DNA of 64,000 nucleotides from Candidatus Marinacidobacterales bacterium (lineage in GTDB: Bacteria; Acidobacteriota; Vicinamibacteria; Marinacidobacterales; SMYC01): assembly GCA_965224085.1 (NCBI GenBank), contig CBDCYI010000004.1, positions 1,088,001 through 1,152,000 on the forward strand, in the 5' to 3' direction. Position 1 is the stretch's first letter. Each line of letters starts with the position of its first letter. Position numbers and translations under genes: made by a program. The notes under the pieces were generated by a model. The model worked only from the letters and a program-made list of their open reading frames with translations, did not search any database and was not told the origin of the DNA. Positions 27,162 to 37,838 of the stretch are shown one piece after another.

Positions 27162-30100
27162 CTATTCGGCGCGCAGGTTCGCGAGCAGCGGCGTGCGAAA
27201 GACCGCGGTCATAGCGAGCAACGAGGACAGGAGGCCGCTCACGACGACAGCACCAAGCAGCAGGCCCAAAAAACCGCCGCCGAAGCTACCGCCCCGGGAG
27301 ACGAGCGCAGGTGCTATGGCTACCATTGCGGCGAGACTTCCTGTCAGAAGGCCGAGGAACAAAAGGAGACCGTTCTCCGCGGCGATCATGAGCGAGAAAT
27401 GGCGGTTTTCATAGCCTACGGCTCGCAGAAGCGCGAGCTCGCGCCGCCGCTCGAGCACATTGCGTAGAAGTACGGCCGCGAGCCCAAACGTTCCGAGGAC
27501 CAGCCCCAGTCCTCCTAGCGTTTGGAAAGTGGACAAGTAGGTGTTCTCCACCCGGTGGTAGCCCTCGAGCTTCTCGCTCGTGCTTTGGACGTCGAGCCCG
27601 AAATCCGCGAGGCGGGCTTCGAGAAGCGCGCTCGCTTCGTCAACACTCGCGGGAGGCGTGTCGACGAGGAAGAAGCGAAAACCATCCGCTTCGGGAAAGT
27701 GCGCGAGGAAATTCTCTTCCGAGCTCAGAAGCTCGCTTTGAAAGATGCTATCGGCGAGCGTCGCTACGAGACGTAGCCGAAGGGGAGTCTCCCCTATCCG
27801 TGACAAAACAAAGTCCTCGCCGAGGCCTAGATGGAGCACGTAGGTCATCGAGTTCGCGTCACCGATTACAGGGATGACCGGACCGACGCCGTCGGAAAAG
27901 CTCTTTCGGAGCAATAGCCAGGGATTCGCTTCCTCCTCTGGCGTCTCGGCGAGCGATGCCGAGAAGCGAAAGCGGCCCTCCTCGATGAACGCACCGTTGG
28001 CCGCGAGAAGTCGTGGGTTCTGCGGCCGGTAGAGATTCAAGCAGCTAGCGTCATCTCCGGGACGCAACCGGAAGGTCTGGATTTCCAGGTCGAGTGCGTC
28101 CGGATCCTCCGGATAGGGCAAGTTGGCGGCGTCCCGCCCCTCGAGCGTGTTCGGGTCCCAGTGGAGCGGAAGAAGCGACTCCGCCATGAGCGGATAGCCG
28201 CCACTTCCAGAATCACGGGCGAGGTCCACGGCCCGATCGTTCTTGCGAAACCCGTCGACGGCGACGATGGTAAAGCTCGCGAAAGCAATGAGTGCAACCG
28301 CCGTGAGACTTCGACCCGGGCGGTAGGTCGCGTTCCGGAAGCCGAGCCGTGCCATCGCTCCGGCACCTTGCCCGGAGACGACGCGCTTGGCCTCCGCGTT
28401 CAACGAGAGCCATTGAAACAACAAGAGCGAGACGAGAAGCAGGTTCCCGGCGCCGAAGAATCCTGCGACTTCATTGACGGCGCCCGTTCCTGCGCCCGCG
28501 ACGAGCAGCAAGCCGAGCGCTGTCGCGCTCCATGCGAGCCGTGACGCCCTGCGGGAGCTTCGCAGCTTGGACGCCGCCGTCTCACCACCGGTCTCGCCAG
28601 CGAGCAAGTTTCGCGACGAGATCTTTTCGAGATGACGGAGCGTCCAAGCGATCGCCAAACAAGCAACGCCGACGCCGCCTACGACGCCGATAAACAGCGA
28701 AGCCGCGCTAACGTGAAGCGTTAAAAGGCGCGTTCCAACGGCATCGACCCACCACGTGCGCAATCCGTACATGATGAGCCACCCGTAAGAAACGGCGATG
28801 ACGATACCGACAAGGCCCCCTATCCCCGACAGGACGACGCCTTCGAGCGTGAACAAGCGCCGCACGCGTTGCATGGGAAAGCCGAGCGCAACGAGTGTTC
28901 CGACTTCGCGAAGACGCTGCTCGACAGAAAGCTTGAAGAAAAGCCCCGTGAGCAAAAGCGCGGCGACGACGAGGAAATAGCTGAAATATACGAAGTACTC
29001 ACCGAAGTCGGTCGCACCCTCGGACGCCCGCATGCCGTCGGCCCGCGCTGCAATCACAGAATATCCCAGAGCGAGCGGGTCGAGGCGCGCCCGCAAGCCT
29101 CGCTCGAAGCCCACGGCGTCCTCCGCCTGTAGGCTTACCCGAATCGAGGTCAGCTTTCCCTGACGCACGGGCCAAATTCTTTGCCCGCGCGTGAGACGAA
29201 TGAATGCCTTCGAGCTCGTGCGGTACTCATCCCAATATTCTTCGTCTTTGTCTCGAACGCGCCGAAGGTCGATGGGAAAAGGCGGCTCCCAGTCGCCGAG
29301 ATTATCGGCGCCCGATATGCCCGGATATTCCGGTGCTAGCTCGCGATCGACACCAAAGCCTTCCATCGGGATGACGGCGTCTACGATGAACTCCGCGCTT
29401 TCGGTTACGATAAGGCCATCGTCGCGCCAGAGGTAGTACTCCATCGTCAGCGCGTCGCCGCGTTTCGCCTCGAGATCGGACGCCGCCCATTCGTTGAGCA
29501 CGAGGCTCGGCGAGAGTATCTCTTCGGAAGGCACGAGGCTCTCATAAGTGCGGCTGTCGAGCGCCGTGACGAGAGAATACGGCACTTCCCTCTCGCCGAC
29601 GCGTAGCGTATTCGCGAGATAGGTCAGAATCGAAGTCGTCTCGAGCCCTCGTTCAGCCGCTTCGTCGCGCACTGCCTCAACGACGGGACCGCTCAGCATC
29701 AAAGCGCGCGATTCGATCGCGTAGCCCTCTCCGGAGTCGAGAGCGCGTAGCTTTACGCCCAAGTCCGAAAGCGTGGCCGTCTCCTGAAGCCTTGGCTCTG
29801 CAGCACCGCTCCCTGAGATCAGAATCGTATTGACGGTTCCTTCCTGCCCGAGATCTCTCTGCAAGCGCGACAGCGGCAGAAAAACGGCCTTCACGCTGTC
29901 TTGCTGAGGATAGAGCGAGAACTCGGGCACCGCTGCCGCCTCTTGCGTCAGCCTGAGCGTACGTCCGGTGTTTTCCTTGGAACCGTGGAGCGACCCTCGG
30001 GACACCGCAGAGGGCTGCTCCACCCTCAGCAGCAAAGTATCCCCGTCAGAACTTTCGAGCTCTTCCACGAGGCTCGGCGTCAGAGTGGCGCCGCGCTGGG

Positions 30101-30464
30101 ACAGCGCCGGATCCGCCACGCCGTGAAAGGCCCAAAACCGCGCATCCACTCCATAGACTTGGACATCCGCTCGCCGACGCCCGCTCACTTCATGCGTCAG
30201 CATCCCTTCGAAGGCAATGAGCGGAACGGTGTCAGGGCCCAACTCTTCAGCGAGGGCGTCGCGAAAGAAAGTGTTGGCCACGATAACGCTCTTGGTGTTG
30301 CCTAGACGTGCCAGGAAGAGCTCCCGCAAGCTTCCGCGAACAGAATCCCCTACGAGAAGCGCGCCGGTGAGAACCCCCACCGCGACGGCCACACCGAGCA
30401 CCACTGCAACGTTGGTCCGCCAAAAATACCGAAGGCTGCGCGCGACCAACTGCCCAAACGTCAT
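27162..30464 (-). CDS. FtsX/MacB-type ABC permease with duplicated architecture
   Basis: 1100 aa. Two TM1-periplasmic-FtsX repeats with [15 protein letters not shown] and [14 protein letters not shown] motifs. Confidence 0.92.
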   Translation of the reverse strand: MTFGQLVARSLRYFWRTNVAVVLGVAVAVGVLTGALLVGDSVRGSLRELFLARLGNTKSVIVANTFFRDALAEELGPDTVPLIAFEGMLTHEVSGRRRADVQVYGVDARFWAFHGVADPALSQRGATLTPSLVEELESSDGDTLLLRVEQPSAVSRGSLHGSKENTGRTLRLTQEAAAVPEFSLYPQQDSVKAVFLPLSRLQRDLGQEGTVNTILISGSGAAEPRLQETATLSDLGVKLRALDSGEGYAIESRALMLSGPVVEAVRDEAAERGLETTSILTYLANTLRVGEREVPYSLVTALDSRTYESLVPSEEILSPSLVLNEWAASDLEAKRGDALTMEYYLWRDDGLIVTESAEFIVDAVIPMEGFGVDRELAPEYPGISGADNLGDWEPPFPIDLRRVRDKDEEYWDEYRTSSKAFIRLTRGQRIWPVRQGKLTSIRVSLQAEDAVGFERGLRARLDPLALGYSVIAARADGMRASEGATDFGEYFVYFSYFLVVAALLLTGLFFKLSVEQRLREVGTLVALGFPMQRVRRLFTLEGVVLSGIGGLVGIVIAVSYGWLIMYGLRTWWVDAVGTRLLTLHVSAASLFIGVVGGVGVACLAIAWTLRHLEKISSRNLLAGETGGETAASKLRSSRRASRLAWSATALGLLLVAGAGTGAVNEVAGFFGAGNLLLVSLLLFQWLSLNAEAKRVVSGQGAGAMARLGFRNATYRPGRSLTAVALIAFASFTIVAVDGFRKNDRAVDLARDSGSGGYPLMAESLLPLHWDPNTLEGRDAANLPYPEDPDALDLEIQTFRLRPGDDASCLNLYRPQNPRLLAANGAFIEEGRFRFSASLAETPEEEANPWLLLRKSFSDGVGPVIPVIGDANSMTYVLHLGLGEDFVLSRIGETPLRLRLVATLADSIFQSELLSSEENFLAHFPEADGFRFFLVDTPPASVDEASALLEARLADFGLDVQSTSEKLEGYHRVENTYLSTFQTLGGLGLVLGTFGLAAVLLRNVLERRRELALLRAVGYENRHFSLMIAAENGLLLFLGLLTGSLAAMVAIAPALVSRGGSFGGGFLGLLLGAVVVSGLLSSLLAMTAVFRTPLLANLRAE

Positions 30465-31120
30465 TCGAGAAGAACTCCGCCCCTGAGCTCCGCGCGCCTT
30501 TTGAAGCGACTCGCGAGCGCTTCACTGTGGGTTACGACGACCAGGATTCGCTCGGCCCGGGCGTCGAGGTCGAGAAGCAAGGAGGCGACGGGTTCCGAGG
30601 TCTCGCCATCTAGATTGCCGGTCGGCTCGTCACAGAGAAGAAGCGTCGGATCGCGGATGAGCGCCCGCGCAATGGCCACACGTTGCTTCTCGCCGCCCGA
30701 GAGCTCCGCCGGGCGATGCGTCAGACGGTCCTTCAGTCCGACTTGATGAACAAGGGCCTCCGCACGCTCGCGGTAAGTGCCACGAGGGGCGACAAGAGTC
30801 GGCGCCAAGACGTTCTCGAGCACGTTGCACTGCGGAAGAAGACAATGATCTTGAAACACAAAACCGATTTTCTCGTTTCGGAATGCCGCGACCGCCTTGT
30901 CGTCGAGCGCGAAGGGGTTTTCGCCATCGAGCTCGACGACGCCCGAGGTGGGCTTGTCGAGCCCGCCGAGCACGAAGAGCAGCGTGCTCTTCCCGCCGCC
31001 CGACGGGCCCATGATGGAGAGAGCGTCGCCGCGCTCGAGCGTGAGCGAGATCCCCTTGAGAACCGCGAGAGGTTCTTTTGGTGTGGGAAAATTCTTGACG
31101 AGCTCCCGTGCTTCGAGCAA
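30461..31120 (-). CDS. ABC ATP-binding protein (LolD/MacB type)
   Basis: [37 protein letters not shown] and VTH. Confidence 0.96.
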   Translation of the reverse strand: MLEARELVKNFPTPKEPLAVLKGISLTLERGDALSIMGPSGGGKSTLLFVLGGLDKPTSGVVELDGENPFALDDKAVAAFRNEKIGFVFQDHCLLPQCNVLENVLAPTLVAPRGTYRERAEALVHQVGLKDRLTHRPAELSGGEKQRVAIARALIRDPTLLLCDEPTGNLDGETSEPVASLLLDLDARAERILVVVTHSEALASRFKRRAELRGGVLLE

Positions 31121-31132
31121 AACCTCGACCTT

Positions 31133-32560
31133 TCAGGCCTCCTGATAGGCGCGGGCACGAAACAAAAAATCGATGATGTTCCCCTCGTGCGGCTGTAGCC
31201 AGTTGAGACGGATCGTTGGGACGGGACCGACGTTGAGTCGATCGATGTGGACGGCGTCTCGGAGCTGGCTTCGGAAACCCTCGTCCGATGTAATGGCGCT
31301 ACCCACCAACGTGTCGCCAATCGTACCGATCATCTTTTCCTGCGGGCAGTTGACGACGGAGACGAAGGGGAACATATATTCCTGGTTCGCGAGCCAATTA
31401 TCGGGAGACTCACAATGGATGACGGTGGGCCTCAAGTAATCGCACCGTTTATGGGGGACGAGCCGCGCTTCGTCCTCTCCTCGATACTTTCGCGTTACGT
31501 CCTCACTCCCCGCCTCTTCGAGGTGCCGGTCGATTTCATTCGAGATGGCCTCAGCGACACCTGGCACGGTAAAGGCTGCGAGCGCGCTTTCTGGGTCTTC
31601 CGGGGAGCGGGGAGCCACCGGCCCTAGGCGCTCCGCGATGGCTTTTGCTATCTCTTTCGTGTGGCGAGACGCCCAAATGCCGGAGCAGCTGATACAGCTT
31701 CGCCCGCTATTGATCAGTACACTGTCGACCATGACGTCGAGATAGCTCTCCCAGTCGTCCACGACGTCGTCACCGAGCAAAATCTTGCTGAAGCCCGGGC
31801 CGTGTACTTGAACGCGCGGGTCCCCTTTGTAGCGCTCTACCGTTGGTTGGCCGCCGAAGATCATGCTCCTCCTGCAGCTTTTGAGCACCGCGGCACCGAT
31901 GTCCCCGAGGCCCGGATAGATGGAAATCGTTTCCCGAGGCACACCCGCTTCAAAGAAAGCTTCCGCCATCCGATAGGGCGTCCACGGCTCCTGCGGCCCA
32001 GGCTTGAAGACGAGACCGATCTGGAGCGGTATGACCGGCGTCCACAGCGTGTGCACTCCCGGAGAGTTAGAAGGCAGCACCAAGCCGAGCACCGGTGTTT
32101 GAGCCTGATAGCTCAGCGTTACGCCGCGCTCTTCGACGCCGTAGCCGTTTTCGAGAATCGAAAGGTCCAAGCCGCGCGTGAGCGCATCGAGCACTTCGTC
32201 CATACGCGTCAGCACGAAATGGTTTTTCTCCATGTTCGCGCGGCACATGTGCTCGGGAAGCCCCGTCGTCGCGGACTGATACTTGACGAAATCATCGGGC
32301 CCTTGTCTGCCGTTTCCGAGTGGGAGCTCTTCGTTCATGTAGAGATCCGCGGCCCTTTTCACCATCTCGATGAGATCCCCTGGCGGGATCTCTCGCAGAA
32401 CGTCGCGCGCTCTTTGCGCTTTACGCATGTCGCGCTCGATTAGCCCGCCGCCTGCGAGGCTCACGGTGGCGAGCTCTTCACCCGTGTCGAAATGGACGAC
32501 GGTGTCTTTTTCCAAGCTGTCGTAGGGCTGTCCCCAACGAAGAACAGGAATGTCGATCAT
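31133..32560 (-). CDS. aldehyde dehydrogenase-fold protein (GriD/EhpG/acyl reductase-like)
   Basis: LPSNSPG, KPG, FGG, NSGRSC (catalytic Cys) and EYMFPF. The ELGG motif is replaced by VHGPG. Start at ATG 32560. Confidence 0.85.
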   Translation of the reverse strand: MIDIPVLRWGQPYDSLEKDTVVHFDTGEELATVSLAGGGLIERDMRKAQRARDVLREIPPGDLIEMVKRAADLYMNEELPLGNGRQGPDDFVKYQSATTGLPEHMCRANMEKNHFVLTRMDEVLDALTRGLDLSILENGYGVEERGVTLSYQAQTPVLGLVLPSNSPGVHTLWTPVIPLQIGLVFKPGPQEPWTPYRMAEAFFEAGVPRETISIYPGLGDIGAAVLKSCRRSMIFGGQPTVERYKGDPRVQVHGPGFSKILLGDDVVDDWESYLDVMVDSVLINSGRSCISCSGIWASRHTKEIAKAIAERLGPVAPRSPEDPESALAAFTVPGVAEAISNEIDRHLEEAGSEDVTRKYRGEDEARLVPHKRCDYLRPTVIHCESPDNWLANQEYMFPFVSVVNCPQEKMIGTIGDTLVGSAITSDEGFRSQLRDAVHIDRLNVGPVPTIRLNWLQPHEGNIIDFLFRARAYQEA

Positions 32561-32570
32561 GAGACCTGCG

Positions 32571-33674
32571 CTAGTAGACGCCGACCGTCGTGGCCGACGC
32601 AAGCTCCTGGAAGGGTCGAACGCCGCTGACGCCGTCCCACGGATAGGTTTCGTACGGCTCTTCCCGCTCGCCTTCGTCACGCTCGAGAAAGCCGGGCACG
32701 AAGAACTCTTTGGTTAATGTCGTGAGACGAACGCGGCCGGACTCACTGTAGCCGACCATGGTGCGCCCGTCATCGGGGTCGACGACTTCGATAACTGCCC
32801 GAGGCTGTGGCGCGTAATAAGTAATTTTGTAGCCATCGTGCGGCCCGACCGGCTTCGACGCCGCAAGGCCCATCAAAGTATTGCCGTAAGTCGGCGTGAT
32901 ATAGACGCCGTCGAGAAGCTCTTCAACCGCAAAGCGCGTCCATTGCGGGGTGAACTCGGTGCCACCGGAAAAAATACCCGTGAAACCGGCTTCCTTGAGA
33001 CTCGAGCCTTCGTCCTCAAGCCGTAGCGCGAAGGCCTCGAGGAGCTTGGGTGTTGTGAACAAAACCTTCAAGTCGTGCCCCGCACTCAAAAGCGTCATGG
33101 CTTGATCGATTACGTGGCTCTTGTACGCCTCGAGGTGCTCCGTCCAACCCTTATTGATGAGCTTGATGACCCATCGAGGATCCAAGTCGAGCCCGAAACA
33201 GATACCGCCGCGGTACTGCGCGAGATGCTCGACTGCGAGTCGCAAGCGGCGCGGCCCGGACGGCCCGAGCATGAGCCAATTCGCGCCCTTCGGGAAAGGC
33301 TCTTCAGGAAGGGTCTCGCTGAACAGCTCGTAGTCGATACGGAAGTCGTCGATCGCCACGCGGCTCTTGGGAATGCCCGTCGTGCCCCCGGTCTCGAAGA
33401 CATAGATGGGACGATCCTGATACGCTTTCGGTACGAAGCGCCTGAGCGGCCCCCCGCGGAGCCACTCGTCTTCGAAGAGCGGGAATCGCCGCAAATCCTC
33501 GAACGCTTGGATGTCTCCGCGCGGGTCGAAGTCGAGCTTCTCCTGGAAATCGAGCCAGAAGGGCGTCCCCGTCTCGGGATCGAAATGCCATTCCACAATC
33601 TCACGTACGTGGGCGTCGAGCGCCTGTTTGGCGCTCGCACTCTTTTCTTCGATGTCGGTGCTCAAGTTACTCAA
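32571..33674 (-). CDS. short adenylate-forming enzyme (EhpF/GriC-like)
   Basis: 367 aa. WHF.PETGTPFW, P-loop ETGGTTGIPK, YGNT and LERD; no C-terminal ANL lid domain. Confidence 0.75.
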   Translation of the reverse strand: MSNLSTDIEEKSASAKQALDAHVREIVEWHFDPETGTPFWLDFQEKLDFDPRGDIQAFEDLRRFPLFEDEWLRGGPLRRFVPKAYQDRPIYVFETGGTTGIPKSRVAIDDFRIDYELFSETLPEEPFPKGANWLMLGPSGPRRLRLAVEHLAQYRGGICFGLDLDPRWVIKLINKGWTEHLEAYKSHVIDQAMTLLSAGHDLKVLFTTPKLLEAFALRLEDEGSSLKEAGFTGIFSGGTEFTPQWTRFAVEELLDGVYITPTYGNTLMGLAASKPVGPHDGYKITYYAPQPRAVIEVVDPDDGRTMVGYSESGRVRLTTLTKEFFVPGFLERDEGEREEPYETYPWDGVSGVRPFQELASATTVGVY

Positions 33675-35014
33675 ACCGTGACGACTCCCGTTTCCACTTG
33701 CTGTTTTTCAGCAACCGGCTCCCGCGCAGCGAGTTTCTCGAAAACTGCGACTGACTGTCGCGCCATTTCCGAAACACTGTAGTGACGTCGTACGCCTTCG
33801 GAGGCTCGGCGCCCAAGCTTCTGGCGCTCGGACGCGTCCAAACACAAGCGTGCCAGTGTTTCTGCGAGTACAGCGGCATCGTTCGCGTCGACGATCAAAC
33901 CACCGCCGGTTTTTTCCACGATCTCGGCGAAAGCCCCCTTGCGCGGCTGGACTACCGGTGTCCCTGCCGCCATCGCCTCCAGGAGAAAGATCCCTTTCGG
34001 CTCTTGGTAGTCGGTCGGCACCGACGCCAAGGCCAGGGAGCGTAGGAAATCTATCTTCTCCTGCCGATCGAGCACGCCGTGATAGTGGAACTCGTCTCCG
34101 AGCCCGTAGCGGTGCATGTCGCTTTCAGCTTTGGCCAGATAACCGCGGTGCTCGCGTCCGAGGTAGCCCGCAACCTCGAGTCGCGTCGCAGGCAAATCGC
34201 TACGCTCGCGCAGCAACCGATAGGCCTCCACGAGGTTGTGAAGCCCTTTCTCAGGTGCTATGCGTGCGAAGTAGCCGATTTTGAGGGGACCCTCGTCGAG
34301 CTCAGGCGGATCCGCGGACTCGTAGCCGTCGAAGTTGATACCAAGCGGTACCATGGTCATCTTCTCCGCCGGGATCGCGAGAAGCTTACCCATGAATTCC
34401 GCGTAGTAATCGCTTACCGCTATGAACGCGTCGACGTGCTCGACTTGTTCTCGGATGAGCTCGATGGCCTCCGCCCGGTGGGTTTTCGGAAGACCATCGA
34501 GAAACAAGTCCTCCCCTTGGAGCGTACACACCACGGGCACCTCGAGCGCTCGTGCGAGCGGGAGCGCGAGGCCTATCATGAGCGAGTTGGGCAGGATGAT
34601 GACATCGGGCTTCGGGTGCTTCTTTAGCCAATCGGTCACGTTGCGGACTTCCTTCTTCTGAAAGCCGTGCTCGCCCCTCAACGTCGAGACGGTGAGCTCC
34701 GCTAGCTTTGCTGGGTCGGTTGAGACCGAGACTTTGCTCACGAGCTGCATGACCCATTTAGAGTCGAAGAGACGATCGATGAACTTGGGCGTATGGCGAA
34801 ACAGCGGGACGGTCTGCTGAAGATAAACATTCACTCCACCGTAGAGAACGCGCTCCTCGCTCACGTTGGGCTCGTCGGTGCGCGTCGGCGTGTAGATCGG
34901 TACCAACGTTACGTCGTGCTCTTGGCGGCGAAGCTCGGTCGCGAGAGCGTTGTCACGTAGACAACTCCCGCAATACATGTTGGCCGCGCCGGCGGTGATA
35001 GCCAGAATTTTCAA
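33671..35014 (-). CDS. glycosyltransferase family 4
   Basis: GYFARIAPEKG, EPKGIFLLEAMAAGTPVV and N-terminal TAGAANMYCGSC. Confidence 0.92.
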   Translation of the reverse strand: MKILAITAGAANMYCGSCLRDNALATELRRQEHDVTLVPIYTPTRTDEPNVSEERVLYGGVNVYLQQTVPLFRHTPKFIDRLFDSKWVMQLVSKVSVSTDPAKLAELTVSTLRGEHGFQKKEVRNVTDWLKKHPKPDVIILPNSLMIGLALPLARALEVPVVCTLQGEDLFLDGLPKTHRAEAIELIREQVEHVDAFIAVSDYYAEFMGKLLAIPAEKMTMVPLGINFDGYESADPPELDEGPLKIGYFARIAPEKGLHNLVEAYRLLRERSDLPATRLEVAGYLGREHRGYLAKAESDMHRYGLGDEFHYHGVLDRQEKIDFLRSLALASVPTDYQEPKGIFLLEAMAAGTPVVQPRKGAFAEIVEKTGGGLIVDANDAAVLAETLARLCLDASERQKLGRRASEGVRRHYSVSEMARQSVAVFEKLAAREPVAEKQQVETGVVTV

Positions 35015-35121
35015 GAGAGCTTCCCTAGCGCCTCCGAATTTAGCATCTTATTGCGCCGGAATGATCCTCGCAACTTGCTCTAGTGTTTGACAATGGCTGG
35101 AAACGGCCTTAGCCTGGCCAA

Positions 35122-35449
35122 ATGGGCGGGCGCTACGGAGTTGTCACCGTTCTCGTTTTCGTTCTGATCGCTCCCGCATGGGCCCAGCAAAGCGAAAAAA
35201 AAGAACCCGCGCCGAGTGATCGCATCGTTTTCGACTTCTCCTTCGACTACGACCCGGAGGAGCTCCGCGAGCACATCATGGACAAATTGCAGTGGAAACG
35301 CATATGGGGCCCCTTTCGGCATTGCCGGCTACCACATCGCGCCGGCCGCGGAATCTGGCCCCTACCGCGGCCCGCCCAAGCAGTTCTGGAGCAACGGATG
35401 GGGGACCAGCCTTTGGCGCGACCCCGTCACCGGCTGGCCTCTCCAGTAA
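35122..35449 (+). CDS. small secreted hypothetical protein with an apparent frameshift
   Basis: Signal peptide ending APAWA-QQ. Removing one T at 35314-35316 joins it to FGIAGYH..WRDPVTGWPLQ*, which avoids a long overlap with the asparaginase gene. Confidence 0.45.
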
Positions 35450-35472
35450 TATTGAAGGGCAGCAACTCGCCC

Positions 35473-36600
35473 TTACTCGTCCGTCCAGCTTCCCTCGAAA
35501 AGCGGCTCGAGCGGCAACGACTCGGCGCCGTTGTCCGTGCATACGGCATATTTCGAGCGCTCGGTCGCGTACATCGAAACGCCTGCGAAGTCGCCGTTCT
35601 TATTGGTCACGTAGAACGAGAGCCCGAAGCTCGGAAGGCCGCGACTGTTGAGAAGCCGCTTTTCGACCGTGTTCGCTTGAACCCGTTTCAACGCGGCCAT
35701 ACCGGCATCTTTCGGAGACGCACCGCGCCGCATCTCTTCGACGACGAAGAAGGAGCAAAGCCCGTAGAGATTCGCTTCACCCCGCCCGGTCGAGCCCGCG
35801 GCGCCGACCTCGTTGTCGACATAGAGGCCCGCTCCGAGGATGGGTGAGTCGCCGACGCGTCCCGGGATCTTCCATGCGAGTCCGCTCGTGGTCGTGACAC
35901 CGCAAACGTCTCCGTTCGGCCCCACACCGTCGCAGTTAATGGTGCCCCAGAAGTGCTCTTCATCGATGAGCCCTTCGCGCACCATCGCAACACCCGCTTT
36001 GAGGCCGGCCTCGGCGCGTTTTTTCGGGTCCAGATAGTGGCTCGGGTCGATGCGTCGCTTCCACTCGATGAAGCGCTCGCGCGAGTGTTCCGTGTTCAAA
36101 TCGTCTTCGATCGTAAATCCCATATGACGCGCGAAACTCTGGGCGCCGTCGCTGACGAGGAGGTGATGATCGGTGTGCTCCATCACCGCATGAGCTACCC
36201 GCGCGGGCGCTCGCACGCCTTCGATCGCGGCGACGCAGCCGGCGCGCTTTTTTGGGCCGTGCATACAGCACGAATCGAGCTGCACGACCCCGTCCGCATT
36301 CGGAAGACCGCCATAGCCGACGCCAGCCTCTGTCGGGTCAAGCTCCACGATCTCGACGCCCGCGATGAGGCTCTCGAGAACGTCTCGGCCACTCGTCAAC
36401 ATACGAAACGCGCGCTCGACGCAGGTCTCGTCACCGCCGTTCTTGTAAGTATTGCCATTGCCCGAGGCGATCACGACCGGCTTGACACTTTGCGCCGTGA
36501 TCATGGTCGGCGCTGCTCCAACCGTTTGCGAGGCCGCAGCCAAGCCAGCCGCGGCCGCCCCGGATTTGACGAACTCTCGTCGACTCAGTTTCTTGCTCAT
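35473..36600 (-). CDS. N4-(beta-N-acetylglucosaminyl)-L-asparaginase (Ntn hydrolase), Tat-exported
   Basis: SRREFVK signal, VGYGGLPN..VQLD, GTI nucleophile, TTTSGL..KIPGRVGDSPILGAG and TGRGE. Confidence 0.92.
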   Translation of the reverse strand: MSKKLSRREFVKSGAAAAGLAAASQTVGAAPTMITAQSVKPVVIASGNGNTYKNGGDETCVERAFRMLTSGRDVLESLIAGVEIVELDPTEAGVGYGGLPNADGVVQLDSCCMHGPKKRAGCVAAIEGVRAPARVAHAVMEHTDHHLLVSDGAQSFARHMGFTIEDDLNTEHSRERFIEWKRRIDPSHYLDPKKRAEAGLKAGVAMVREGLIDEEHFWGTINCDGVGPNGDVCGVTTTSGLAWKIPGRVGDSPILGAGLYVDNEVGAAGSTGRGEANLYGLCSFFVVEEMRRGASPKDAGMAALKRVQANTVEKRLLNSRGLPSFGLSFYVTNKNGDFAGVSMYATERSKYAVCTDNGAESLPLEPLFEGSWTDE

Positions 36601-36637
36601 GGTGACTACTTCCCTAAGTGCGGCATCATACATCAAA

Positions 36638-36779
36638 TTAGCAGGGTGATGAAAAAGTCATGTGCACCCTGCGCTCGCTTCGCTCCCCCGGCCCAAAAGG
36701 GCCGACAGCGGAAAGCCGAGCGAAGAGCGAGGCGACAAGCGCGCGAGCGAGAGGAGTGAGCGCGCACTGAGCACTCTAG
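36638..36779 (+). repeat. dispersed MITE/REP-like element, copy 1
   Basis: Similar along its length to the reverse complement of 58292-58407. 36751-36782 is identical (32 bp) to the reverse complement of 58289-58320. Confidence 0.85.
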
Positions 36780-37736
36780 ATGAACACTTCGACCGTAGCC
36801 TGCGTCCGAAGCGTCTCGACTTCCGTCTCGAGTCGTTGTTGCAGATTCAACTGCTGCAAGTATTCTTCGATCCGCCCCTGCACCTCTTCGTACGGGATCA
36901 AGCCGCCGCCGCGGCGCTCGAGAAGCTTGAGAATGTGGAAGCCGAACTGCGTTTCGACGACATCGCTCATCTCTCCAACCTCGAGAGCCATGGCGGCCGC
37001 TTCAAACGGAGGCACCATCTGGCCTCGAGACATCCAGGGCAGCTCGCCGCCCTTGTTCTTTGGAACCCGGGTCGCCCGAGTTTCGCCGCGCGAGGTCGCC
37101 GAAATCCTGCCCGACCTCGATCATGCTCCGTAGCGAGGCGGTTTTCTTGCGTGCGGCTTCTTTGACTTCGGGTGTCGCGTCCTCGGCAACTTGAATGAGA
37201 ATATGCGCGACGCGAAACTCGGGCGACCTTTGCATCGCTTCCGTGTTGCCGCTATAGAACGTGCGCTTTTCCTCTTCGGTGACGGTAACTTGCGGGACGA
37301 GGTCGCGCTGCACCATCCGCTGAATGCCGATGTCTTTCTTGAGATCGAGCTTGATTTGGTCGGCAGAGACGCCTTCTTTCGCGAGCGCCTCCGCGAAGGC
37401 CGCTGGGCCGCCGAAGCCCTGGCTTTGGTTCTCGAACTCACTTTCGATCTCGGCCTCAGTCGGAGCGAGGTTCTTTGCTTCGACGGCCTGGTAGAGGAGC
37501 TCGCCGCTGATCAGCTCGTCGAGGACGCGCCGATAAAAATCGGGGGGCACCTCGGAGGATGGAAGCTGCGTTTTGAGCGCGTTCGCCCGTCGCAGAAGGT
37601 CGGTTTTCGAAATCTCGAGACCGTTCACGCTGGTTACGACCTCGGGGAAAGTGCTCGGGCTCGGAGCCTGTTGGGCGAGTGCTATGGCGCACGGGGCACT
37701 CAACACGAGCGCGGGGACAAGCCACCACCATTTCAT
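36776..37736 (-). CDS. PpiC/SurA-type peptidyl-prolyl isomerase with a one-base frameshift
   Basis: Signal peptide, SurA-like N-domain and VAHILI..F.DLARRNSGDPGSK continue in another frame as GGELPWMSRGQMVPPFE..ETQFGFHILK. Shift near 37050-37058. Confidence 0.88.
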
Positions 37737-37838
37737 TGATTGTCCTCCATCACTGGACCTATCCAACCATCTTAAGCCTTGGTACGGGCGGATCCAAAAG
37801 CGCGCCGGATGCCAGAATGCTAGACTCCTACGCCTTCG

